Virus record (IMG/VR): IMGVR_UViG_3300033552_000033
Coordinates: 1-36,640 of that record
Direction: 5' to 3' (one strand)
From: a virus
DNA: 36,640 bases
The translations under genes and the position numbers were made by a program. Below the pieces are notes generated by a model. That model made no database searches. It was given only the letters and a program-made list of their open reading frames with translations, and was not told the DNA's origin. Shown here in pieces: positions 22,360-31,658 of this stretch. Within the stretch, counting starts at the first letter, position 1; each line of letters starts with the position of its first letter.

Positions 22360-23550
22360 ATGGCAGCACCTAATTTAGAAGTTTTAGACCGTACTAATAT
22401 CACAACCGCAAACAAAATAACCTTTGCAAACAGTCCTATTCATTTACGTATTCAAAACGTTGCACAAAATAATACGATTCAATCAGTTGTAGTTTATTTG
22501 TGGATTTGGAACGGCTCTCAGAATAAAGTATTAGGAAGCCCAAACGCAACATACGTTAAAAGTAAAATAAGCGCATCAGATGACTACATAAATATCGAGG
22601 TTGCAGATGTTATCAAAGCCTATTTAATCAATCCGTTAAACGCATTAAATACCAACCAACCTACATTTGCATACAATGAATTGACTAATCCAGTGATTAC
22701 AGGTCAAGGAGTTTTCTGGCAAGTGATAGCAGATATTACTTCTACAGCAGGATTAGAAAGAATTGTAAACGCTACACGATTTGCTACACTTGGTTATCGT
22801 TGGAACTACGAGCAAAACCTAATAACAAACAACGGAAATAATCCAAACGGAGCAAATGGATTTATAGAAACGGTTAATAAATGGTACAATCCAAATGTAC
22901 ATAATTATATTAGTCAGGCTTTTAACTTGTCTACAACAGTCGGAACTGCTACGAGTGCTAACCTTGTAACGGTTTCCGATGTTGTACCTACTACACAATG
23001 GAAAAGATGCAGCAGAGAGCCTGTCTTAATTGTATTCCTCAACAAACTTGGTCTTTGGGAGATGTTTACAACTCACGGCAAAGTAACAGTTAAGAATAAA
23101 ATAGAAGCGGTTACAGGTCGCAGGTCGTTTAGAGATCCTTCCAAGATTGACAACAGCTACACACATTCAAAACTTAGAGAAGTTTCAGAGGTGCTGCAAT
23201 CGTATTCTATTAATACAGGGGCTTTAACCGAAGATATGAACTCTACTATTGAACAAATTATTTACTCACCTAAAGTTTACTTAATTAAGTTCAAAGGGGA
23301 TAAACAAACCAGTACCACAGTAGGGGTTACGATAGATAGTACTTTAGTGACTATTGATAATGTTAACATAACTATTGATAGTGCAATAGTAGGTCAGGAA
23401 AGCAACGGTTTTTTTAAAACACATCAACAAATTCCAGTAGTAGTTACTGATTCAGATTTCGGAAGAAAAACAAGGTTAAACGATAAAAACCAAATTGACT
23501 ATACAATTAATTTTGAAGAAACTACTAACAAGATTTTAAGCGTAAGATAA
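22360..23550 (+). CDS. Virion structural protein (tail-associated, unknown role)
   Basis: 396-aa beta-rich, N/T-rich ORF upstream of larger tail genes. Confidence 0.4.
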   Translation: MAAPNLEVLDRTNITTANKITFANSPIHLRIQNVAQNNTIQSVVVYLWIWNGSQNKVLGSPNATYVKSKISASDDYINIEVADVIKAYLINPLNALNTNQPTFAYNELTNPVITGQGVFWQVIADITSTAGLERIVNATRFATLGYRWNYEQNLITNNGNNPNGANGFIETVNKWYNPNVHNYISQAFNLSTTVGTATSANLVTVSDVVPTTQWKRCSREPVLIVFLNKLGLWEMFTTHGKVTVKNKIEAVTGRRSFRDPSKIDNSYTHSKLREVSEVLQSYSINTGALTEDMNSTIEQIIYSPKVYLIKFKGDKQTSTTVGVTIDSTLVTIDNVNITIDSAIVGQESNGFFKTHQQIPVVVTDSDFGRKTRLNDKNQIDYTINFEETTNKILSVR

Positions 23551-25793
23551 TGACAGAAGTATTTGTATCAATTGACAATTTAGAATTTACTAAATTAGAT
23601 CTTTCAAAAGACGAAAGTATTTTAATGAAGTACACGCAAAAAGATTTACAGGATATTTCTAAAATCTTTTCGCCTTACTCTCAAAACTTTAATTTTCCTG
23701 CAACTCCAAAAAATAGAATGGCTTTTGGTTTCTTTGGAGATACTGAAATCGTAAAAGTAAGCACAGAAAAGAAATACTTTTGCAAAATATACACCGATGG
23801 AATCTTGAACTTATCGGGATTTATTGTATTAAGCGAATTGAGTTATGACAACAACAAACCCGAAACATTCACAGGTAATTTTACCACTTCAATGCTTAAT
23901 CTTAAAGACAGGATAGGTGATGATAGTATTAGAGATTTAGCCCCCGTTGGATTAGTAGTTGATTGGACGTTTAAAAACGTTTTTAATTTAGTGAAAGGGG
24001 TTCAAAATAAGACAGTTGAAGGTGTTAACACTACTTTCTTTGTGCCTTTAATATCAAATAACCGTGTTTGGGCTTACAACCAGAACGATACTACAATTTT
24101 AAAAGATAATATTGCGTATAAAATTACAAATTTACCGAGTTCAAATAACTTAATTCAATCTACAGAGCTAAGACCTTGCGTTTCTTTTAGTTCAATTATT
24201 GATTTAATGATAAAAAAGTACGGTTTATTGATTACTTGCCCTTTATTTTCACGCAAAGAGTATAAAGATTTGTATGTATGGTGTACTAATGAAGATATTT
24301 ATAGTACAAAAGCAACAAAATTAACTATTAAAACTGCTTTCGGACAGTTGTTTTTTTACGATGCTAAAAACGAAAACGGCATTCCCGATCCTAAAAAGTA
24401 CACAGCAACGGCCAATACAACGACAAACTTATTTAAAGTTATAAAGCGTGCCTTGCCTTTTCCTAATTCTGGGGAATACAACGAGAAAGGATTTAATTTT
24501 AAAGTAAACTTAACGGGTGTTTCAGTTACAGGTGGCTCATCTACAACAAAAGCAATTGTCACATTAAAAAGGAAAACAACCTTAGAAGTATTTGCGTCAA
24601 AAGAATTTGATTTAGTAGGGACTAATATTGATTGTTTAGTTCCTGTTAGTGACAATTTATTTATAGGTAATGAAATAGAATTTGAGGCACATATATCTTT
24701 TAACCAACCTTTGAGTTGGAATAATTGCGAGTATAGAGTAGAGTTTAGATATTACGATGGTAAGACTGGAATATTCAGCGGAAAAGAGTATGCAACTTAT
24801 TATTACGAATCTAAAACAAATAATAATAGTTCAGAAGTATCAGCAACAAACATAGACTTATTTAAATCTTTACCAGATATTAAGTGCGTGGACTTTCTTA
24901 GTTCGTTTTTCAAGGCGTTTAATATTTCTGTATTTGATACGTCACCAAACAATGAGAATCTATTTTGGTTAACGCCTTTAGATATACAAACGGTAGGACA
25001 AACATATTCTAAAGCGGTTTTAGATTATACGCCTTATGTCGATGTTTCAAGTTTTAAAAAAGCAGTTCCAAGCGATTATAATTATTATAATTTCAAACAC
25101 GCAACGAGTAAATATAAATCTAATGTGGATTATGCGAGTGCCACAACGTTAGAATACGGCCAAGTTGTAAACCCTGCAATTAAACCAAGCAACGCAAAAG
25201 AGTTTAAGGTAGAAACTAATTTTAGTTTAATAGTTCCTGTAACAATTCAAGGTACAGCTGGAACACTGACGCACTACGGATTTACAAATGATACGCCCGA
25301 AATAATAGAAACTGGAGAAACAAGATACTCACCTAATTTTGGGGAGTTAACTATTTTTTATTCTCACGGAAACCAGCCGTTACCCGATCCATTTGGTTTT
25401 AAATCTGCTAATAATTCTGGGTTAAATATAAATGCAAAATTAGATAGTCATATAAAAGTTGCGCCTTGGAATATTGAAAATGATTCATTTGCATTTAGCA
25501 TATTGGTAGATTATGATTTAAATAATTACCCTATAAATTTATACCTAAAAGGGTACGACACGCAAACAGCAAGACTACTAAATATAAACGTTTTAAGCCA
25601 TGATTTTACATTCAACCTACCAAGTAATGAAATTTATTTAAACGAAGCTACGACGGTACAAGGGGGAGGAAATACACCCGCAGGATTTAGATTGCAAAAC
25701 GATATTATAGTAGGAGAAACACTCTTTACCATATTAGATGCAAGCGTAGATATTACAACAGGAAAGGCACAATTAACATTATTAAATAAATAA
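23550..25793 (+). CDS. Large tail/baseplate structural protein
   Basis: 747-aa ORF coupled (ATGA) to its neighbours in the tail block. Confidence 0.45.
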   Translation: MTEVFVSIDNLEFTKLDLSKDESILMKYTQKDLQDISKIFSPYSQNFNFPATPKNRMAFGFFGDTEIVKVSTEKKYFCKIYTDGILNLSGFIVLSELSYDNNKPETFTGNFTTSMLNLKDRIGDDSIRDLAPVGLVVDWTFKNVFNLVKGVQNKTVEGVNTTFFVPLISNNRVWAYNQNDTTILKDNIAYKITNLPSSNNLIQSTELRPCVSFSSIIDLMIKKYGLLITCPLFSRKEYKDLYVWCTNEDIYSTKATKLTIKTAFGQLFFYDAKNENGIPDPKKYTATANTTTNLFKVIKRALPFPNSGEYNEKGFNFKVNLTGVSVTGGSSTTKAIVTLKRKTTLEVFASKEFDLVGTNIDCLVPVSDNLFIGNEIEFEAHISFNQPLSWNNCEYRVEFRYYDGKTGIFSGKEYATYYYESKTNNNSSEVSATNIDLFKSLPDIKCVDFLSSFFKAFNISVFDTSPNNENLFWLTPLDIQTVGQTYSKAVLDYTPYVDVSSFKKAVPSDYNYYNFKHATSKYKSNVDYASATTLEYGQVVNPAIKPSNAKEFKVETNFSLIVPVTIQGTAGTLTHYGFTNDTPEIIETGETRYSPNFGELTIFYSHGNQPLPDPFGFKSANNSGLNINAKLDSHIKVAPWNIENDSFAFSILVDYDLNNYPINLYLKGYDTQTARLLNINVLSHDFTFNLPSNEIYLNEATTVQGGGNTPAGFRLQNDIIVGETLFTILDASVDITTGKAQLTLLNK

Positions 25794-25794
25794 A

Positions 25795-27570
25795 ATGGCG
25801 CAAGAAGATATTGAACAAAAGATTAAGTTAACCTACGAAACCAATGCAGATGAGGCTTCACAAACGGTTAATAATTTAACTAACAACGTTGATAAAACCA
25901 CCGATGCACAAACTAAGTCCGCAAAAGCCACTAAATTACAAGGCGATGCAATCAGGGATTTAGCACCAGCAGCCACAAGCGCAGTAGATAGCCTTAAATC
26001 AATGGGTAAAGCGATGTGGGCATTAGTTGCAAACCCGTTAGGAATAGTATTAACAGCTATTGCGGTGGTTATTGGGGTGTTGTTCTTAGCTTTTAAATCG
26101 TTTCAGCCGTTAATCGATAAAGTGGAGCAGTCTTTCGCAGCACTTGGGGCGGTTGTAAATGTTATTAAAACCACATTTATAGCGGTTGTCACAGGTACGA
26201 AATCACTAGGAGAAGCGTTTGGAGGTCTTAGCGATGATATGAGTATCGCTGCCAAAAGAACCATGGCACTTGTTAAGGCTCAACAGGATTTGGAGGACGC
26301 AATGGAAGTTTCAGAAGTCAGCACTGCAAGAACAAACGCACAAATAAACAAACTAAACGCACAGTTAAAAAATATAAATTTAACAGAAGAAGAACGTTTA
26401 AAAATTGCTGAAAAAAGCGAGAAACTACAGAAAGAAGTTTTTAATTCAAAAGTAAAAGAAGCTGACCAATTAGTTAAGAATGCAAGAGAAGCAATATCTA
26501 CTAAAGCAAATTTAACTAAAGAAGAAGAAAAGCAACTTAAAAAACAAGGGGTAGCTTATAAAGATTATGTAGAGCTAAAAGGCGCAGATGTTCAAGAAGA
26601 ATTTAAAACTTTAAAAGAAGCGCAATTAAAAAGGATTGCATTAGAGGACGAAGCTACGGTAAGGCTTGAAAAAAACTTTACAAAGCAAGAAACTTTACAA
26701 CAAGCAAAGAAAGATAAAGCAGATAAAGCAGCATCAGACGCAACGTCACGAAGAGAAAAAGCAGAAGCGGAATCTGAAAAGAGACAGGAAAAAGCATCGG
26801 CAGACAAAACAAAGCGGGAAGAGGAATCGCAAAAAGTTGCGGAAGCTAAGCGTAAAAAAGAGATTGACGATGCATATAATTTAAAATTAGAACAAGATCA
26901 GGTCGTATTAGATACACAGACAGCATCAGATAAAAGAGTAGAAGATCAGGCAGCGAAAGATGCCGAGGCAGGGGCGAATAAATTAGCACGTATTAAAGGC
27001 GAGTATGAGGAAGAAATGGCTATTAAGGAGGCTATGCTTCAACAAGAGCAAGCTATACAAGACGCTAAAGTAAACATAGCGCAACAGGCTATTCAATTAA
27101 TCTCAAATATATTCGGCAAATCTAAAGCAGTACAAAAAGCGGCTATTATTGCAGAAAACGCAATCGGAATTGGTAAAATGATTATTGCGAATAACACTGC
27201 AAATGTAGCGGCCTTAGCAACCCCGCAGGCAATCGCATCAAGTGGGGCAAGTGCCGTTCCCGTTATCGCATTAAATAATATTTCAACAGGTATTGGAGTT
27301 GCTTCGAGTATAGCAGCAACCGCAAAAGCATTAAAATCAGTAGGAGGGGGAACGGCAGGAGGAGGCTCTCAAACTTCTGGACCAAGAGGATCAAGTGGAG
27401 CAAGCGCAACGCCACAAGTTAACTTCCAAGCATCGAGCGAAAACCAAATAGGCAACACGGTAGCAGGTAGACTAAACGCACAGCCACCAATTAGAGTTAC
27501 AGTATTAGAGAGCGATATTACAAAAACACAAACAAGCGTACAGGCTAAAGTTGTGAGTAATAGTTTTTAA
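25795..27570 (+). CDS. Tape-measure-like protein (or internal/ejection protein)
   Basis: 591 aa with N-terminal hydrophobic helices (LGIVLTAIAVVIGVLFLAF), a long K/E/A coiled coil and a Gly/Ala/Ser-rich C-terminus. Confidence 0.55.
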   Translation: MAQEDIEQKIKLTYETNADEASQTVNNLTNNVDKTTDAQTKSAKATKLQGDAIRDLAPAATSAVDSLKSMGKAMWALVANPLGIVLTAIAVVIGVLFLAFKSFQPLIDKVEQSFAALGAVVNVIKTTFIAVVTGTKSLGEAFGGLSDDMSIAAKRTMALVKAQQDLEDAMEVSEVSTARTNAQINKLNAQLKNINLTEEERLKIAEKSEKLQKEVFNSKVKEADQLVKNAREAISTKANLTKEEEKQLKKQGVAYKDYVELKGADVQEEFKTLKEAQLKRIALEDEATVRLEKNFTKQETLQQAKKDKADKAASDATSRREKAEAESEKRQEKASADKTKREEESQKVAEAKRKKEIDDAYNLKLEQDQVVLDTQTASDKRVEDQAAKDAEAGANKLARIKGEYEEEMAIKEAMLQQEQAIQDAKVNIAQQAIQLISNIFGKSKAVQKAAIIAENAIGIGKMIIANNTANVAALATPQAIASSGASAVPVIALNNISTGIGVASSIAATAKALKSVGGGTAGGGSQTSGPRGSSGASATPQVNFQASSENQIGNTVAGRLNAQPPIRVTVLESDITKTQTSVQAKVVSNSF

Positions 27571-27599
27571 TTGTATCTTTAATGCTTAACTAAAAGCCT

Positions 27600-27791
27600 A
27601 TGGATAAACTAAATGAGATTGTAAATCACTTAAATACGATCCAAAGTAAAGAAGTGTTTAAAAATGTATCTTGTGAATTGCGTTATAAAATTAGTTCACA
27701 TTTAACAGTTATTACTTATCGTGATATTGATAAGATGATTAAGGCGTGTAAAGAACACGTTTACAGAGTTGAGAATGGAAAACCCTATTAA
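27600..27791 (+). CDS. Hypothetical protein
   Basis: 63-aa ORF whose stop lies inside the terminator stem-loop. Confidence 0.5.
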   Translation: MDKLNEIVNHLNTIQSKEVFKNVSCELRYKISSHLTVITYRDIDKMIKACKEHVYRVENGKPY

Positions 27792-27806
27792 GTTAGGGTT
27801 TTTTTA
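27781..27806 (+). terminator. Rho-independent terminator
   Basis: AACCCTA (27781-27787) pairs with TAGGGTT (27794-27800), followed by a T-run. Confidence 0.75.
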
Positions 27807-27815
27807 TTTTCAATA

Positions 27816-27851
27816 ATTACGTTGATATATTGGTTTTTATTTGTACATTTG
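27816..27851 (+). promoter_or_regulatory. Predicted promoter with ACGT-box (site e)
   Basis: ATTACGTTGATATATT (27816-27831) and TACATTTG (27844-27851). Confidence 0.5.
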
Positions 27852-27963
27852 TTAAACAGTTACGGTCTGAAACTTGGTAACTTAAAAACATTAGCCTTTT
27901 AATTTGAGTAAAGCATCAGACCCTTTACAATATAATTGAAAGGCATTTTTAATTTATAGAGTT

Positions 27964-28587
27964 ATGGATTTATTAGAAATAGAACAACAGAAACAAATAT
28001 CAATAAAATGCAAAGAAATTATTTTATTCCTAACAGACCAAAATGAAATTTCTTTTATAAACAATATTTATAAAAAAAGCGAAGTAAAGATTAATGAATT
28101 TAATAAAAAAAATACAACAACAGTTAATCCAACACCTACTGAAATTGGCAAGTGGCATTCAGCTATTAAAAGTTATTCAAGGTCATATTTTAAAGATAAA
28201 ATTAAAAAAGTATATCCAACTTATGTAGTTTCTTGTTTAGATTGTCAACATATGGAAAAAAGCGTTGATAAATATAATGATGAAAAATTTAAGTTAGATA
28301 ATTATTTTAAGGACTACAAAGATTATAATTATTGTAGTGAGTGTGTTAAAAAATGGGATAAATACGAGGATGAGTATGATAAAACAAGGTTGTCTAACTC
28401 CATAAATACAGATTTTTTATATGAAAAACTAAAAGATATAAAAATAGATGAATATTGGATGAATGCATATATTTTATTAAGTAGAAAGTATTGGGATATT
28501 ACTCAAATTGATGAATTAGGAAAAGCAACAAAAGAAATAATAAAAACAGAAATATTAAAACAAATAGTAACAATTAAATTAAACTAA
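27964..28587 (+). CDS. Accessory-island protein, K/Y/D/N-rich with a CxxC...CxxC zinc-ribbon-like motif
   Basis: CLDCQH ... CSECVKKW. It has its own promoter and long leader, and sits between the tail and head modules. Confidence 0.5.
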   Translation: MDLLEIEQQKQISIKCKEIILFLTDQNEISFINNIYKKSEVKINEFNKKNTTTVNPTPTEIGKWHSAIKSYSRSYFKDKIKKVYPTYVVSCLDCQHMEKSVDKYNDEKFKLDNYFKDYKDYNYCSECVKKWDKYEDEYDKTRLSNSINTDFLYEKLKDIKIDEYWMNAYILLSRKYWDITQIDELGKATKEIIKTEILKQIVTIKLN

Positions 28588-28591
28588 AATT

Positions 28592-28831
28592 ATGACACCA
28601 GTAAACACAAAATCACTTTTAGCATTTGTATTTAGCCAAATGGAAAAACTAGACAGTAAAGAAATTGATGTAGATACAGCGAACGCTCAATCTAAATTAG
28701 TACAACAAGCAAACAATCTTATTCGTTCAGAACACGAAAGAAGCAGGGTTAAAATGGAAATAATTAAACATAATTCAGAGTATAACGGCAGTATTGAATT
28801 AAGAGAAATTGAAAGCAAAAACTTTGACTAA
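28592..28831 (+). CDS. Hypothetical protein (accessory island)
   Basis: 79-aa ORF. Confidence 0.5.
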   Translation: MTPVNTKSLLAFVFSQMEKLDSKEIDVDTANAQSKLVQQANNLIRSEHERSRVKMEIIKHNSEYNGSIELREIESKNFD

Positions 28832-28847
28832 AATATTTTAAAAATAA

Positions 28848-28890
28848 GTTACTATATTAACGTAACTTATTAAATAATTCACTATCTTTA
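28848..28890 (+). promoter_or_regulatory. Predicted late promoter with ACGT-box (site f)
   Basis: GTTACTATATTAACGTAAC (28848-28866) and TATCTTTA (28883-28890, near-consensus). Confidence 0.5.
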
Positions 28891-28940
28891 CGGGAATTAA
28901 ACTATATGAAGATGTATAGAACCTTTAACACGAATACAAA

Positions 28941-28980
28941 AAGCCTATCTGATATTATACTCGGATAGGCTTTTCTGTTT
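28941..28980 (+). terminator. Intrinsic terminator/attenuator inside the late-operon leader
   Basis: AAGCCTATC (28941-28949) pairs with GATAGGCTT (28964-28972), followed by TTCTGTTT. It ends 3 nt before ATG 28983. Confidence 0.55.
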
Positions 28981-28982
28981 AT

Positions 28983-29963
28983 ATGCCTATGAAAGTTTAC
29001 GAAATTACATTCGAGAAAGATTTTAAAGTTAGCCTAGTTAAAAATCCAGCTTTGGAAATGACAATGGTAAAGTTTAGCGAAGAAATAGAAACGCCTTTAT
29101 ACTTCGCCAACGAGGAAAAAAGACAAATCTTTTCAGTGGCTATGTCACCTGATAAATTAATCTATCGTAACAACATACAAGGCGAGCCTGCTAACGTATT
29201 CTACACCGCAGAAACGATTGAGAAATTCCAACAAAACTACTTTAGAACAAACGCCAACAGCGGAACGAATATAGATCACGCAGAATTTAATACCGAGGGT
29301 GTATTTCCTTTTGAATCTTGGATAGTGGCAAACCCTGCTAATGATAAATCAAATGAACTTGGTCTAGTAACTAAAAAGGGTGATTTGGTTATGGGTTTTA
29401 AAGTTGATAACGATGCTGTTTGGAAACAATGTAAGGAAGGTAATCTTGATGGGTTAAGTATCGAAGGGAAAGTTTTATTTAAAGAAGTAAACACTAACAT
29501 TAATATTAATATGAATACAGAAAAAAAGGAAAATCTTTTGACTAAGATCATCGCTTTATTTTCCGCAGATGTTCCTGATGAAGAAACAAAAGTAGAAATG
29601 GCAGTCGATCCAAAAGAAGAAGATAAAAAAGAAGACGCACCTATTGAAGATGCACCAAAAGAAATTACAGCAGAAGCGGTGGCTGAAAATGAACCTATTG
29701 CAGAGGAAGTCGCAGAGGTCGCAGCCACCCCAGATGCCGAAGATTTACAATTAAAGTTTGACGCATTGATTGAAGAAAACGGAAAACTTAAAGCAGACTT
29801 AGCGTCGCTATTGGCTGATAAAGTAAAAGCCGAAGAAGATTTAGTGACAATGAGCAAACAAACGCCAGCAGCAGCAGCGATTGTGGACTTGCCTATTGAA
29901 GTTAAAATGACAGCTGAAGAAGCAAAACTAGACCGATTCAAAAAACAACATTTAAATAAATAA
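28983..29963 (+). CDS. Prohead protease (XkdF-like) fused to an acidic coiled-coil scaffold-like C-terminus
   Basis: VSLVKNPA ... NIDHAEFN ... ESWIV ... LDGLSIEGK pattern, and an E/A/K-rich tail. It lies directly upstream of the capsid gene. Confidence 0.6.
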   Translation: MPMKVYEITFEKDFKVSLVKNPALEMTMVKFSEEIETPLYFANEEKRQIFSVAMSPDKLIYRNNIQGEPANVFYTAETIEKFQQNYFRTNANSGTNIDHAEFNTEGVFPFESWIVANPANDKSNELGLVTKKGDLVMGFKVDNDAVWKQCKEGNLDGLSIEGKVLFKEVNTNININMNTEKKENLLTKIIALFSADVPDEETKVEMAVDPKEEDKKEDAPIEDAPKEITAEAVAENEPIAEEVAEVAATPDAEDLQLKFDALIEENGKLKADLASLLADKVKAEEDLVTMSKQTPAAAAIVDLPIEVKMTAEEAKLDRFKKQHLNK

Positions 29964-29974
29964 AATAAAAAATT

Positions 29975-30997
29975 ATGCCATTAGATTATACAGGAAAAGT
30001 AGTAGTAAGAGGTGCGCAAATCGCTGAAATCGGTTTAGAGCAACTTTATGTTGACAAATCCATTGCAGATGGGATTGTAGCATTAAACACCGATTCAAAG
30101 CACGGAGTTGTAAAAACAGAAACGTCAAACGATGTTACAGAGCAAGCCTACACAGGTCAAGCACTTACAGCAGATGGAAACTTCACTTTGTTTGATTACC
30201 AAGTAAACCACGTTAAGACAGAATTTAAAGTTGACATTTTGACTGATACTTTGCGTAATACTATCATGGGCGAAGATATGGCTAAGGGAGCGGCTAATAT
30301 CGAAGCACCACGTTTCATGCAATTAGCAGCCGATCAGTTAGGTGCTAAAATGGCACACAAAGCACAAGTACAAAGATGGATAGGAGCAACAGCCGCAACG
30401 AAGGCAGCTATCGCAGCATTAGTAGCAGCAGCCCCACAAGGATCTATCTCTGTATCAACTAAAGCAGTAATTGCGGCATTACCTACAACATTGAGAGATG
30501 GTTGGTTGGCAGTATCGATTTACAATTCTTTAAATGCTACTAAGGTGGCAGGACTTGGTAAGTATATCAAAGTAGTTTCATCAGCAGTTACAAGCGCAAA
30601 CATTGCTGCAGAATATGCTAAAATGTATTTAGCTATTCCAGTAGTTCAAAGAGATGACACTGCAACACCTTATGTGTTAAATGCGCCTTTGTCTCACAAA
30701 GCATTAATTAAGATTGCTAACAATTCAGTTGGAGCGTCTTCAAATAAAAACTTCTTAGACGAAGGTGGTAAAATATCTTACAACGATATTCAAATCAATT
30801 TTGTTCAACTTCCAGAGGATGTGGTAATCGGTGCGCCAAAAGGATCTTTAGCATTGAACATGGATTTAGCTTCTGATGACAATTCAATGGAAGTTGGAGA
30901 GTACGCAGGTGGTTCTGATGTTAAATATTTCAGAGGAATTAATGCTTGGTCAACTCACGTATCTCGTCAAGAGTTCAATTTAATTTACGGAGGATAA
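29975..30997 (+). CDS. Major capsid protein (HK97-fold inferred from position)
   Basis: 340 aa, follows the protease/scaffold gene and is followed by a hairpin terminator. Confidence 0.7.
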   Translation: MPLDYTGKVVVRGAQIAEIGLEQLYVDKSIADGIVALNTDSKHGVVKTETSNDVTEQAYTGQALTADGNFTLFDYQVNHVKTEFKVDILTDTLRNTIMGEDMAKGAANIEAPRFMQLAADQLGAKMAHKAQVQRWIGATAATKAAIAALVAAAPQGSISVSTKAVIAALPTTLRDGWLAVSIYNSLNATKVAGLGKYIKVVSSAVTSANIAAEYAKMYLAIPVVQRDDTATPYVLNAPLSHKALIKIANNSVGASSNKNFLDEGGKISYNDIQINFVQLPEDVVIGAPKGSLALNMDLASDDNSMEVGEYAGGSDVKYFRGINAWSTHVSRQEFNLIYGG

Positions 30998-31004
30998 AAA
31001 TAAT

Positions 31005-31028
31005 AAGGGAGCGTAAAAACTCCCTTTT
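31005..31028 (+). terminator. Hairpin / partial terminator after the capsid gene
   Basis: AAGGGAG (31005-31011) pairs with CTCCCTT (31020-31026), followed by TT. Confidence 0.5.
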
Positions 31029-31041
31029 AAAAATTTAATAT

Positions 31042-31593
31042 ATGAGTTGTGTAACACTTACAAAAAGCAGAAAATTAGCTTGTACTTCCAGAATTGCGGG
31101 AGTTGTGGCTATTGGTATTGCTAAATACGATTCTTTAAATAGAGTCGCAACAACCGCCACAGGAGTCGTTGCTTTACCTACGCCTTATGGTATAGGAACG
31201 ATAGCACGATTAGAATTGAAAAATACAGCTACTAAATTCCTTGAAAATGGTGTAAGTGGTGGAGACAATAGAAGCACAGGCGTAACAGGAAACATTCAAT
31301 GTATTTTTAATGTTGCAGCAGGTTCTGACATTAAAGACGCTTTAATGATTGAGGAGTTACTAAAAGGCGAAGTAGTTTTGTTTATCGAAAAGAAAGATGG
31401 AACTATTATAGTAGCGGGTTCACAATTAGGAGCGCAAGTAATTACAGCCGATGATGATACAGGCGGAACAATTGGAGACTTAAACGGTTATACGGTTACT
31501 TTTCAAACTATGGAACCTGATTTTTCAAGAAAATATCTTTTAACAGGCGCAGGATTAACGGCTTATGCTACTGCTTTAATGGCTTACGTTTAG
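31042..31593 (+). CDS. Abundant structural protein (major tail tube or head decoration candidate)
   Basis: 183 aa, G/T/A-rich and beta-like. It is bracketed by the capsid hairpin and a strong terminator. Confidence 0.4.
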   Translation: MSCVTLTKSRKLACTSRIAGVVAIGIAKYDSLNRVATTATGVVALPTPYGIGTIARLELKNTATKFLENGVSGGDNRSTGVTGNIQCIFNVAAGSDIKDALMIEELLKGEVVLFIEKKDGTIIVAGSQLGAQVITADDDTGGTIGDLNGYTVTFQTMEPDFSRKYLLTGAGLTAYATALMAYV

Positions 31594-31615
31594 TTTTTGT
31601 AGTTAATAATTGAAT

Positions 31616-31642
31616 AAAGGCGGTTTAATATCGCCTTTTTTT
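31616..31642 (+). terminator. Rho-independent terminator
   Basis: AAAGGCG (31616-31622) pairs with CGCCTTT (31632-31638). T-run to 31642. Confidence 0.75.
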
Positions 31643-31658
31643 ATAAACATTTCAAAAA

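Noticed and set aside
26666-26884. 72-aa K/R/Q-rich + strand ORF in an alternative frame of the tape-measure-like gene
   Set aside because: It is a frame-shifted reading of the lysine/glutamate-rich coiled-coil region. I see no slippery site or other evidence for frameshifting.
29276-29941. 221-aa minus-strand ORF antisense to the protease/scaffold gene
   Set aside because: It is an Ala/Ser-rich low-complexity product generated by the complement of the GAA/GCA-rich scaffold region. It lies entirely within a well-supported + strand gene.
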